From: an uncultured bacterium | GTDB lineage: Bacteria; Patescibacteriota; Minisyncoccia; Phycocordibacterales; Phycocordibacteraceae | DNA: 64,000 bases | Direction: 5' to 3' | NCBI GenBank assembly: GCA_947085985.1 | Contig: CAMTYL010000004.1 | Coordinates: 150,885 to 214,884 of the forward strand | Shown here: in pieces, positions 29,588 through 37,970 of the stretch | Position numbering within the stretch: position 1 is the stretch's first letter | Layout: every line of letters begins with the position of its first letter | Notes under the pieces: model-generated | What the model was told of the DNA's origin: nothing | What the model saw: the letters and a program-made list of their open reading frames with translations, nothing else | The model's database searches: none | Made by a program: the position numbers and the translations under genes

Positions 29588-29643
29588 GCCTATATCCTAG
29601 CATTCTTGCATCTGCACCGGATATATCGTACTATCCGTTCTAC

Positions 29644-29907
29644 ATGGCAATCACTTCATCAGCAAAGAAGGCGCACCGAGCTTCCCTTAAGAAGCGCGTA
29701 TATAACGTGCGCCGCAAGCGTGCAGTTACCGACACTACCAAAGCAGTAAAGAAGCTTATGGGGACGGACACCAAGGCAGCAAACGAGTCGCTCAGCGCCG
29801 CATTCAAGGCACTTGATAAGGCAGCAAAGGGAGGCACGATTAAGAAGAACACCGCTGACCGCAAGAAGTCGCGCCTCGCAAAGGCTATCGCTCGCGCAGC
29901 AAAGTAA
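29644..29907 (+). CDS. rpsT: 30S ribosomal protein S20
   Basis: 'SAKKA', 'LDKAAK..IKKNTADRKKSRL'; terminator 29906-29941. Confidence 0.95.
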   Translation: MAITSSAKKAHRASLKKRVYNVRRKRAVTDTTKAVKKLMGTDTKAANESLSAAFKALDKAAKGGTIKKNTADRKKSRLAKAIARAAK

Positions 29908-29949
29908 GAAGAAACCCCGGCAAGGCCGGGGTTTTTCTTTTATTACTGA

Positions 29950-30121
29950 CTCGGTAGGAACCGGCGAGTACGCCTTTCGGTCACACATAAATCTCTGCTA
30001 AGATTTTGCGCGACCCCCACTCGCCGTCGACACGGCTCCGTGCTTCGATTCCTACACGTGAGCCTCCCAGGCTCACTCGAGAGCACCAAATGAAAACAGC
30101 CCTAACTGGGCTGTTTTCATT
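29950..30121 (-). mobile_element. tRNA-mirror element behind tRNA-Arg(GCG)
   Basis: Split antisense copy (30044-30055 and 30078-30088) around a 22-nt hairpin; distal 11-bp direct repeat 29950-29960. Confidence 0.7.
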
Positions 30122-30196
30122 TGGTGCTCTCGGTAGGAATCGAACCTACATTGCATCCTCCGCAAGGATGCGTCCTATCCATTGAACGACGAGAGC
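30122..30196 (-). tRNA. tRNA-Arg(GCG), CCA encoded
   Basis: Anticodon arm CATCC-TTGCGGA-GGATG; T-loop TTCGATT. Confidence 0.92.
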
Positions 30197-30240
30197 GAGT
30201 GAGGCAAATAGAAATGTGAACGCAGTTCATGTTTCTATTT

Positions 30241-30372
30241 CGCCGAGCGAGCTCGTGTACCCCTAACGAGTCTTCGAGTGTACGGGGTACGAGAGCGAGG
30301 TGCTCATTCTGTGCGCCGAACGAGCTTGTGTACCCCCGCGAGTCCTCGAGCAGAGGGGTACGAGAGCCTGGG
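30241..30372. repeat. Two tandem ~60-bp imperfect hairpin repeats
   Basis: 30241-30300 and 30314-30372: CGCCGARCGAGCTYGTGTACCCC...GGGGTACGAGAGC. Confidence 0.7.
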
Positions 30373-30422
30373 CTCGCTGACACGTTTTTGACTTTATCCT
30401 TTCTGAGCACTATTGGCAACTT

Positions 30423-30896
30423 TTACAGGCGGAAGCGATGGATGAGCATGTCAAAGAAAGATTCATCATGTTTACCTTCTTCAACGTGCGCGCTGAAGAA
30501 GTCGTACACCTCTACGGGGTCGTGATCAACAATAGGAACAAGAATGTGGGGGGCAAAAATACGCTTGGTCTTTATGGAGAGAGATGGCGGCCACGCTGGG
30601 TCTGCGTATTCAAGGACCGAGAAGTGGAGCATCTCCTCGTAGGTATATAGAATCTGGTCAACATACAGTCCCTCTTCGGTAATGGTAAATACGTGTCGTG
30701 TCGGAGCGCGCAGTGCCTGAAGGGCAACAGTACCGCTGGCGGCTATCACCACGAGAGCGAGGATGAAATTTCCAAAGAGAATACAGGCAACCACTCCAGC
30801 GACAGCGATAACGCCAAGAGACCAGTACCAGTCGGCACCTTTTTCTTCAAACGTGTATTCCTGTGCTTCCCACTGGTAGAAGACCGTGCGGGCCAT
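30423..30896 (-). CDS. Two-TM protein with PH-like C-terminal domain
   Basis: 'WEAQEY...DWYW', 2 TM helices, 'FTITEEGLYV'. Confidence 0.7.
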   Translation of the reverse strand: MARTVFYQWEAQEYTFEEKGADWYWSLGVIAVAGVVACILFGNFILALVVIAASGTVALQALRAPTRHVFTITEEGLYVDQILYTYEEMLHFSVLEYADPAWPPSLSIKTKRIFAPHILVPIVDHDPVEVYDFFSAHVEEGKHDESFFDMLIHRFRL

Positions 30897-30985
30897 ATAA
30901 ATGTAATACTAGCACTCGTGAGTTGATGTAGATGGAGTAATGCACCAAAAGATAAAACCCGCCATGTGGCGGGTTTTATCTTTTG

Positions 30986-31070
30986 CGGAGGAGGTGGGAT
31001 TCGAACCCACGGAGACTTTCGCCTCGGCGGTTTTCAAGACCGCTCGTTTCGACCACTCACGCACTCCTCC
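30986..31070 (-). tRNA. tRNA-Ser(TGA)
   Basis: Anticodon arm GCGGT-CTTGAAA-ACCGC, long variable arm; only a simple terminator follows. Confidence 0.93.
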
Positions 31071-31079
31071 AGAGTGTTT

Positions 31080-31376
31080 TTACGCTTCCGTAGAAGCTGA
31101 TGGTGCTGGTGCCGGTGCGGGAGCAACATGAGAAGCGCTCACGCCTTTATTACGGAACCAGACAAGGTACACAATCTCTGGAATGCCAAGCAGATTCACA
31201 ACAAGCAGAAAGATAAACCAACCGTTCTGCGAGCCGCGCGCTGCGTGCCACAACGCATAGCCCTTAATCGCTACCGTCCATACGACAAACGCCATAAGGA
31301 GAGGAAACGCAAAGGGAAGCGTGAGGAACGACACCATTTCTGGAGCTCCCGGAGCCATGAACCAAGAATTCACCAT
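31080..31376 (-). CDS. DUF5652-like small membrane protein
   Basis: 'WTVAIKGYALWHAAR..Q.GWF...VN.LGI.EI.Y'. Confidence 0.7.
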   Translation of the reverse strand: MVNSWFMAPGAPEMVSFLTLPFAFPLLMAFVVWTVAIKGYALWHAARGSQNGWFIFLLVVNLLGIPEIVYLVWFRNKGVSASHVAPAPAPAPSASTEA

Positions 31377-31423
31377 ACCGGGAGACTATAGCACGCCGGC
31401 TGGCTCCCGTGTAGGATTTAGCT

Positions 31424-31837
31424 ATGAGGTACTTGGCAATAGATTTTGGCACCAAGCGTGTGGGGCTTGCGCTCTCCGACGAAGGCGCACACATGGGATT
31501 TCCTCACGGCACACTTCCAAATAACGGACGCCTTATTGATGAGGTGCTAGATTTGGTTGCGCGCAAGGAAGTGGGCGCAGTGGTGATAGGAGAGTCACGC
31601 AATTACGATGGCACTCCGAACCCAGTCGCAAAAGCTGCGAAGGAATTTGGTGCACTTATTGAGCGCAGGCTAGTGGGCATGCCGGTCTACTTTGAACCAG
31701 AGACGCTTACCACCCAAGAAGCCCGTAGAAATTTTGAAGGGGTGCGCGAGCCGGGGAGTGGGGGCGCGCACGTCGACGCGTCAGCCGCTGCACTTATTTT
31801 GACCAGCTACTTAGATAGACTACACAACCATGGATAA
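31424..31837 (+). CDS. ruvX: YqgF/RuvX family nuclease
   Basis: 'LAIDFGTKRVGLALSD', 'ETLTT', 'VDASAAALIL'. Confidence 0.9.
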   Translation: MRYLAIDFGTKRVGLALSDEGAHMGFPHGTLPNNGRLIDEVLDLVARKEVGAVVIGESRNYDGTPNPVAKAAKEFGALIERRLVGMPVYFEPETLTTQEARRNFEGVREPGSGGAHVDASAAALILTSYLDRLHNHG

Positions 31838-32213
31838 TTCCGAAGAACCAGTTCTTGAAGAGGTATCAGTGCAAGAGGAGCCGCGCATCAGTATTGATGA
31901 CCTTGCAAAAGTAGAAGTGAAAATTGGAACCGTACTCTCGGCGGAGCAGGTACCAGAGACAGACAAATTGCTAAAGCTCTCCGTTGAATTTGGAGAGGAG
32001 CAAGGAGCACGGCAAATCGTGTCGGGCATTAACGAGTATGTCTCGTCCCCCGAAGAGCTGGTTGGTAAGCAGCTTGCCTTTGTCACGAATTTAAAGCCGC
32101 GCACCATCAAAGGACTTGAAAGCAACGGCATGTTGTTTGCGGTAGGGAACAAGGAGACGTTTGCGTTTCTCACCCCAAGCAAGGAGGTGCCCCCTGGCAC
32201 AAGCGCGCACTAG
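31830..32213 (+). CDS. Stand-alone tRNA-binding OB-fold (MetRS C-terminal domain / Trbp111-like)
   Basis: 'DKLLKL', 'RQIVSGI', 'NLKPR...ESNGM'. Confidence 0.88.
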   Translation: MDNSEEPVLEEVSVQEEPRISIDDLAKVEVKIGTVLSAEQVPETDKLLKLSVEFGEEQGARQIVSGINEYVSSPEELVGKQLAFVTNLKPRTIKGLESNGMLFAVGNKETFAFLTPSKEVPPGTSAH

Positions 32214-32278
32214 TTTTACACGACAGTGAAGAGAAGCCGGTCAGCGACCGGCGAGGGAGGCGGTATACTACGAATATA

Positions 32279-33382
32279 ATGTCGGACAGTCTTTTGACCC
32301 GTATAGCACGTACAGAGTTCGCGCCACCGCGGTATCTCTCGCTTACTGCGGCTGGTATAGATATTTCAACCAGCGGAATAAAGGCCGCAGTTCTTGCAGA
32401 ACGTATACACGGCCTTGAGTTAGTGAAATTTGCAGAACACCTATTACCTGCAGGTGCGGTGGTGGGTGGTGAGATAGCGGATCCAAAAGCCGTCATTGAA
32501 GCAGTGCAGACCATCGTCAAAAAGAACAATATCAAGTTTGCAAACATCGCACTTTCGGAATCCCGCAGCTATTTGTTTGAAGCAGTGCTAGAGGGTAACC
32601 ACGAGCAGGCCACCTCTAAAGAGCTCCGCAGCCTTACGGAGTCACACTTAGATGAATACGTGCCCTTGCCGCCAGCAGATGTTGCGTTTGATGTCGCGCT
32701 CACTGCAACAACAAAGGACACCACCACGGTGGTGGGCGTGGGGTATGCACGACGAGTGATAGACGAATCGCTCGCAACGCTAGACGACGTCGGCATCACC
32801 ACGCGCGCGATTGAAAGCGAAATATTTTCAATTGCACGCGCGCTTATTCCCCATGACAGCACCGAGACGGTACTCATCATTGATATAGGAAAGACCACCA
32901 CAAAGTTAGCGGTGGTAACGGGGCAAACCCCACGATTTGCGACAACACTAGATATTGGAGGAGACTCGCTCACGCAGGCAGTGATGAAGCACTTTGGTGT
33001 AAGTGAAGAGGAAGCAAAGAAAGTAAAGGCGGAGAAGGGCTTGGTAAGCGAGGGCGGCAAGGACGAGTACATGTCTTCTATGCTCCTCACGGTTTCAGCA
33101 ATTCGCGACGAAATTAGTCACCGCCTTGAGTACTGGCAGGGGAGGGCGCAGATGGGAACTGCACACGAACCAGTTACTCGTGTCATCCTAACGGGCGGAA
33201 ACGCCACCGTCCGCGGGCTACCAGAGTATTTGGAGACTGCCATTAAGCTCCCGGTGGCACTTGGTGACGTGTTCACCAACCTAGCTTCTCGCGATCATTG
33301 GCTGCCACCCCTTGATTACATGGAGTCGCTCGCGTACGCAACCGCCATTGGTCTTGCACTGCGTGATTTTCACACAACCTAA
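32279..33382 (+). CDS. pilM: Type IV pilus assembly protein PilM
   Basis: Actin-like motifs 'GIDIS', 'IIDIG', 'LTGGNA', 'AIGLALR'. Confidence 0.88.
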   Translation: MSDSLLTRIARTEFAPPRYLSLTAAGIDISTSGIKAAVLAERIHGLELVKFAEHLLPAGAVVGGEIADPKAVIEAVQTIVKKNNIKFANIALSESRSYLFEAVLEGNHEQATSKELRSLTESHLDEYVPLPPADVAFDVALTATTKDTTTVVGVGYARRVIDESLATLDDVGITTRAIESEIFSIARALIPHDSTETVLIIDIGKTTTKLAVVTGQTPRFATTLDIGGDSLTQAVMKHFGVSEEEAKKVKAEKGLVSEGGKDEYMSSMLLTVSAIRDEISHRLEYWQGRAQMGTAHEPVTRVILTGGNATVRGLPEYLETAIKLPVALGDVFTNLASRDHWLPPLDYMESLAYATAIGLALRDFHTT

Positions 33383-33385
33383 GCC

Positions 33386-33931
33386 ATGAACCTGCTCCCC
33401 GACAGTAGAAAGAAGCGTCTCGCACAACTCTATCTGGTGAGGCTAAGTGTGGTGAGCGCCGCACTCCTCGCGGCGGTGGGCGTAATTCACGCTGCGCTCT
33501 CCATTCCTTCACTTGTGTACGCACATCAGCTGGTGACCGACCGCACACAGACACTCTCCAGTCTTGGTGAGCAGCTGGCAGGAGCGGAGGATAAGCAGGT
33601 TGGAGAGCGTGTAGCGCACCTGGCTACTTCTGCCACAGCGCTCACGGGAAGCACACAAGGAGTGGCAGTGAGCAGCTTACTTCGCGCGCTCACTCAGATT
33701 GATCATCCGGGAGTTTCAATTACAGGCATGTCGTTTACTCGCGCACAGGCCCCGGATGCACACCGGCTTACTATTTCTGGAAAGGCAATAGGAAGAGGAG
33801 CACTACGCTCATATGCGACTGCACTTGGAACGCTTTCGTACGTAAAGACTGTTGATTTGCCCGTCAGTGCGTATGCAAAGGAAAGTGATATTGATTTCTC
33901 GCTTACGCTCATAGGTACCCTCACGCCATGA
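33386..33931 (+). CDS. PilN-like protein
   Basis: N-terminal 'NLLP' PilM-binding motif plus TM. Confidence 0.75.
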   Translation: MNLLPDSRKKRLAQLYLVRLSVVSAALLAAVGVIHAALSIPSLVYAHQLVTDRTQTLSSLGEQLAGAEDKQVGERVAHLATSATALTGSTQGVAVSSLLRALTQIDHPGVSITGMSFTRAQAPDAHRLTISGKAIGRGALRSYATALGTLSYVKTVDLPVSAYAKESDIDFSLTLIGTLTP

Positions 33932-34458
33932 ACCGCCCCCTCTTACTTCACGCGCTCGTTGCTCTAGCCTTACTAGTAATTGCACTTAGTGCAGTGGTTG
34001 GCACGTCGATCGTGCTTGTAAGTACGGAAAAGGAGGCGGACCGTCTCGCAGCACAGATTGAAGAGAAGCAGGCAGAAATGCTCCGTGTGGCCGCAGCAAA
34101 GGCAGCGCTCCCGCTACTGGTAGAGGCTGAAGGAAAACTCGCAAAGCACAGCTTGCAAACAAGCGACATAGTCCCGTTTCTGGAAGAACTTGAGAGGCTG
34201 GGTAGGGTGCAGGGAGCAGACGTTGAAGTACTGTCAGTAACGGGAGGGCAAGGAAATCCTGCTCAACGTTTTTCACTCTCTCTCAAGGTGTCTGGCTCCT
34301 ACGACGCAGTGGCGCGCACCATTGGACGCATTGAATACGGACCGTACGACACTCAACTCACCACGCTCACTATTGATAGCGGCTTCGCAGAAGGATCAAA
34401 GAACAGGACATGGACTGCAGCGGCTGTTTTCTCAATAGGCGCCAGCGCCACCAACTAG
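33928..34458 (+). CDS. PilO-like protein
   Basis: TM, coiled coil, 'LKVSGSY'; operon position. Confidence 0.7.
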   Translation: MNRPLLLHALVALALLVIALSAVVGTSIVLVSTEKEADRLAAQIEEKQAEMLRVAAAKAALPLLVEAEGKLAKHSLQTSDIVPFLEELERLGRVQGADVEVLSVTGGQGNPAQRFSLSLKVSGSYDAVARTIGRIEYGPYDTQLTTLTIDSGFAEGSKNRTWTAAAVFSIGASATN

Positions 34459-34459
34459 T

Positions 34460-34765
34460 ATGAAAAAATTATTTCCCTCACTACACACGGTTAAAGAGCT
34501 GTTTAAGGTACGGACGCACACGCACCCCGCGCGCGATTGGTTTGTGTTGCTTGGTCTCACTGCACTCCTAATAGGCCTAAGTATTGGTTGGAATGTATGG
34601 AGGTACCTTTCAGTTACCAGCACTCCTGCAACAGAGAGCGAGACAGTGGCAATACCTGAGTTTGATACGAGTGCCGTGGACGCTGTGGAGAAGGTGTTTG
34701 AAGAACGCGCCGCTGAAGCGCGTCGCTACCAGGACACCTATCGTTTCGTTGACCCAAGCCGATAA
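34460..34765 (+). CDS. Single-TM protein at the PilP position of the pil operon
   Basis: 101 aa; 'P.RDW' then TM; ends 'DPS'. Confidence 0.6.
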   Translation: MKKLFPSLHTVKELFKVRTHTHPARDWFVLLGLTALLIGLSIGWNVWRYLSVTSTPATESETVAIPEFDTSAVDAVEKVFEERAAEARRYQDTYRFVDPSR

Positions 34766-34784
34766 CCTGGGCTACTGTAGAGGA

Positions 34785-34856
34785 GCCCCCATAGCTCAAT
34801 GGATAGAGCAGGAGACTTCTAAGCTCTTGATGTAGGTTCGATTCCTGCTGGGGGCA
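34785..34856 (+). tRNA. tRNA-Arg(TCT)
   Basis: Anticodon loop CTTCTAA; T-loop TTCGATT. Confidence 0.92.
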
Positions 34857-35044
34857 CAAAAATGAAAAACTAAGACGGCGTCTTAGTTTTTCTATTTTTT
34901 GTAGGCACCAGCAGGAATCGAAAGCCGGAGCGATACGCGAGCAGCAGCGAGCGTCGCGAGGTGGGGTCGCGTGCATTTGCGAGTGACGACGAGCAAATAA
35001 CAGGTGACCGAAAGTGGTACTCCACGGTTCCTGCTCCAGGCACA
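34857..35044 (+). mobile_element. tRNA-mirror element behind tRNA-Arg(TCT), more degenerate
   Basis: Antisense CCAGCAGGAATCGAA at 34908-34922; GCCGGAGC and GAGTGACGACGAG core; distal TTCCTGCT-cca-GGCACA. Confidence 0.65.
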
Positions 35045-35089
35045 TAAACACGAAAAGGACCGGCAACGGCCGGTCCTTTTCTGTGCGGG

Positions 35090-35162
35090 TGGGCGATAGA
35101 GGACTCGAACCTCTGACCATTCCGGTGTAAACGGAGTGCTCTACCAACTGAGCTAATCGCCC
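35090..35162 (-). tRNA. tRNA-Val(TAC)
   Basis: Anticodon loop TTTACAC; T-loop TTCGAGT. Confidence 0.93.
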
Positions 35163-35235
35163 GCAGGAGAACAATACCGCAGGTATGAAATTTTGGAAAG
35201 CAACCAACGTCGGCTATGCTTGGTTCTTATAGACT

Positions 35236-35514
35236 ATGAACGAGCGCATAGAGGCAAAGGTTAGTGGCCGAGTGCAAATGGTGATGTATCGCGATTTTGC
35301 TACACGCAAAGCGCGTGGGCTGCGCCTCGTGGGGGAAGTGCAAAACCTACCTGACAAAACGGTGCGCGTGGTCGCCGAAGGACCGAAAGAGAAACTGGTT
35401 GTGTACACACAAAAGCTGAACAAGGGCTCATTACTCTCGCACGTGACAAACGTAGAGGTCTCGTGGCTACCTGCGCAGGGAACACACACTACCTTTTCAA
35501 TTAACTATGACTAA
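35236..35514 (+). CDS. acyP: Acylphosphatase
   Basis: 'VSGRVQ..MYR', 'GEVQNLPD.TV.VVAEG'. Confidence 0.9.
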   Translation: MNERIEAKVSGRVQMVMYRDFATRKARGLRLVGEVQNLPDKTVRVVAEGPKEKLVVYTQKLNKGSLLSHVTNVEVSWLPAQGTHTTFSINYD

Positions 35515-36196
35515 AGGCGAGGTACCGAAGGCTATCGGGGTGATTCTTGATGGTAACCGCCGCTGGGCGAGGGAGCAGGGCCTACCTCCGTTTGAAGGTC
35601 ACCGTGAAGGTTCCGAGCGAGTAAAAGATCTGGTGCGGTGGGCGCGAGAAGTTGGTATCGGAACAGTGTATATTTATGCATTTTCAACAGAAAACTGGAA
35701 CCGAGCAGAAGAAGAAGTCAGTTATCTCATGAAGCTGATGGCAAAATTCTTTTCCGAGGGGATTGTGGATGAAATAGAAAAGGAAGACGGCAGGGTTGTT
35801 TTCTTGGGCGACCGGGGCCGCATACCGCCGGAGCTTGTTTATGAGATGGAACGCGCCGAGGAGCGGACGCGTAATGGAAAGGGTGGGACGCTTGCGGTCT
35901 GTTTGTCATACGGAGGACGTGCGGAAATTGTGGCGGCAGCAAACAAGCTCATTCGGGAAGGGAAAGAAATTGAGAGCGAAGAGGAATTTTCGCGAGCATT
36001 ATGGAGTGCGGACCTTCCTGATCCAGACCTCATCATTCGCACGAGTGGGGAGCAGCGCCTCTCAGGGTTTCTCACCTGGCAGTCAGTGTATAGCGAGCTG
36101 TTTTTTACCGACACCAAGTGGCCAGCGTTCACTAAGGAGGAATTCCTTTCTATCCTTGAGGAGTACAGTGCGCGAGAGCGCCGTAAAGGAAAATAG
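35507..36196 (+). CDS. uppS: Undecaprenyl diphosphate synthase
   Basis: 'ILDGNRRWA', 'AFSTENWNR', 'DLIIRTSGEQRLS'. Confidence 0.95.
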   Translation: MTKGEVPKAIGVILDGNRRWAREQGLPPFEGHREGSERVKDLVRWAREVGIGTVYIYAFSTENWNRAEEEVSYLMKLMAKFFSEGIVDEIEKEDGRVVFLGDRGRIPPELVYEMERAEERTRNGKGGTLAVCLSYGGRAEIVAAANKLIREGKEIESEEEFSRALWSADLPDPDLIIRTSGEQRLSGFLTWQSVYSELFFTDTKWPAFTKEEFLSILEEYSARERRKGK

Positions 36197-36218
36197 GTAT
36201 CTGTGATAGGGTGAGCTC

Positions 36219-36959
36219 ATGAACCCTGAAATCCTCTATGAGGACGACAATATTGTCGCTATCAATAAGCCGGCGGGCACCATGACGCACCCAGATGGGC
36301 ACACCTCCGACGAAACGGTGAGTGATTGGTTTGCGCGTGCGTACCCAGCTTCACGCGAGGTAGGGGAGACGCAGCGCCTACCTGACGGCACGGAGATAGC
36401 GCGCCCTGGCGTAGTGCATCGTCTTGATCGCGACACGTCGGGTGTGTTGATTTTAGTAAAGACTCCTGAGGCTCACGTGTTCTATAAGGCAGCATTCCAA
36501 GAGCGGCTCACCAAGAAGACGTATCTTGCGGTGGTGTACGGCACGCTAAAAGAAGAGAAGGGAACCATTGAGTTTGCTATTGGCCGTTCTCGAAAGGATT
36601 TCCGCCTACGTTCCGCACAGCCAAAGGCGCGCGGCACGCTGCGGGAGGCCATCACGCACTACGAGGTTATAGATAGTATCGGCACGCATTCGCTCGTGAA
36701 AGTAATGCCAGAAACGGGCAGAACGCATCAAATCCGTGTCCACCTGAAAGCACTCCATCATCCGGTTGTCTGCGATCCGCTGTACGCGATTGGAAAACCG
36801 TGTGATTTGGGGACCTCGCGACTGGCCCTTCATGCAGTGAGCCTGGTCCTACCACTCCCAGAAGGAGGCACTGTTCGCGTACAAGCACCAGTCCCGGGCG
36901 ATCTTGCCAACGCCATTTCGGTCTTTCCAGAAGCCGCGTCAGTTATTGCCTCATTCTAG
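36219..36959 (+). CDS. RluA-family pseudouridine synthase
   Basis: 'INKPAG', 'HRLDRDTSG', 'TGRTHQIRVH'. Confidence 0.93.
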   Translation: MNPEILYEDDNIVAINKPAGTMTHPDGHTSDETVSDWFARAYPASREVGETQRLPDGTEIARPGVVHRLDRDTSGVLILVKTPEAHVFYKAAFQERLTKKTYLAVVYGTLKEEKGTIEFAIGRSRKDFRLRSAQPKARGTLREAITHYEVIDSIGTHSLVKVMPETGRTHQIRVHLKALHHPVVCDPLYAIGKPCDLGTSRLALHAVSLVLPLPEGGTVRVQAPVPGDLANAISVFPEAASVIASF

Positions 36960-36983
36960 GCCGCATGGTAGAGTGCGCGAATC

Positions 36984-37493
36984 ATGCATACCGTAATCAC
37001 CCCCGTACCAACCAATGAACGAGCCAGTCTCGGCATTCGTTCCGGCGACACCGTTCGCGTCCACCAGAAGGTGGTAGAGAAGGGTAAGACCCGTCTCCAG
37101 GTATTTGAGGGCCTTGTTATTGCCGTTAAGCACGGCACAGAGCCAGGAGCTACCTTTACCGTACGCGCCACCCTATCAGGTGTTGGTGTAGAGAAGATTT
37201 TCCCTCTATACAGCCCAGTTATTGATAAGATTGAGATCACCAAGCGCTCTAAGGTTCGCCGTGCAAAGCTCTACTTCATCCGTGAGAAGGTTGCTCGCGA
37301 GGTACGTCGCCAGCTTCGCAACATGCGCATGGTGAAGATCTCCACCGATGACTTCAAGAAGGAGGAGGCTCCTATCGTTGAGGAGACTGTAGAAGAGGCA
37401 ACTGAAGCTCCTGAGGTAGTGGTTGAGGCTACTGAGACCGAGGAGGTGGCTGCCGCGACCGAAACTACTGAGGAAGAGAAGAAGGACGCGTAA
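36984..37493 (+). CDS. rplS: 50S ribosomal protein L19 with acidic C-terminal extension
   Basis: 'GDTVRVH', 'FEGLVI', '[11 protein letters not shown]'; terminator 37515-37556. Confidence 0.95.
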   Translation: MHTVITPVPTNERASLGIRSGDTVRVHQKVVEKGKTRLQVFEGLVIAVKHGTEPGATFTVRATLSGVGVEKIFPLYSPVIDKIEITKRSKVRRAKLYFIREKVAREVRRQLRNMRMVKISTDDFKKEEAPIVEETVEEATEAPEVVVEATETEEVAAATETTEEEKKDA

Positions 37494-37571
37494 TACGCCC
37501 CAGCATATTTGTAAAAAATGAGCCGGCCCGCTATAGTAAGCGGGCCGGCTCATTTTGAGCTCGTATGCCAT

Positions 37572-37656
37572 GCCCAGGTGGTGAAATTGGTATACACGCA
37601 TCCTTGAGGTGGATGTGGCTTCGGCTGTGGAGGTTCAAGTCCTCTCCTGGGCACCA
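37572..37656 (+). tRNA. tRNA-Leu(GAG), CCA encoded
   Basis: Anticodon arm CATCC-TTGAGGT-GGATG; variable arm; T-loop TTCAAGT. Confidence 0.93.
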
Positions 37657-37853
37657 AATGAAAAAACGCCTTCGGGCGTTTTTTCATTTGGTGCCCAGGA
37701 AGCAGGGTGTCTGCACACCCTGCAGGAGGACTTGAAAGCCGGAGCGATGCTTTGCTCAGCAGAGCAAAGCCGCGAGGCGGGGCTGCGACCGAGCCGAGTG
37801 ACGACGAGGCGAGAGTTGTAGCCAAAAGCGTAATCGCGTGTCCTCTCCTGGGC
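37657..37853 (+). mobile_element. tRNA-mirror element behind tRNA-Leu
   Basis: Antisense segments 37689-37699 and 37725-37736 around an AGCAGG..CCTGC hairpin; distal 14-bp repeat 37840-37853. Confidence 0.7.
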
Positions 37854-37898
37854 CGCATTTCATCATTTTCCGAAAAACGTGCTATAACGCATCTACAT

Positions 37899-37970
37899 GG
37901 CGGCTATAGTTTAGTGGTAAAACTCAGGTTTGTGGAGCCTGTATCGAGAGTTCGATTCTCTCTAGCCGCC
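37899..37970 (+). tRNA. tRNA-His(GTG)
   Basis: G-1/C73; anticodon arm CAGGT-TTGTGGA-GCCTG. Confidence 0.93.

Noticed and set aside
30241-30372. Possible CRISPR array
   Set aside because: Only two long imperfect units, a 13-bp gap, and no cas genes.
30940-30985. Mirror element behind tRNA-Ser (and behind tRNA-Val at 35050-35089)
   Set aside because: Only a simple terminator hairpin is present, with no anti-T-arm segment, core or distal repeat.
34614-35207. 197-aa minus-strand ORF, and similar ORFs at 37550-38157 and 30117-30525
   Set aside because: They run across tRNA genes and structured repeats and have no protein-like features.
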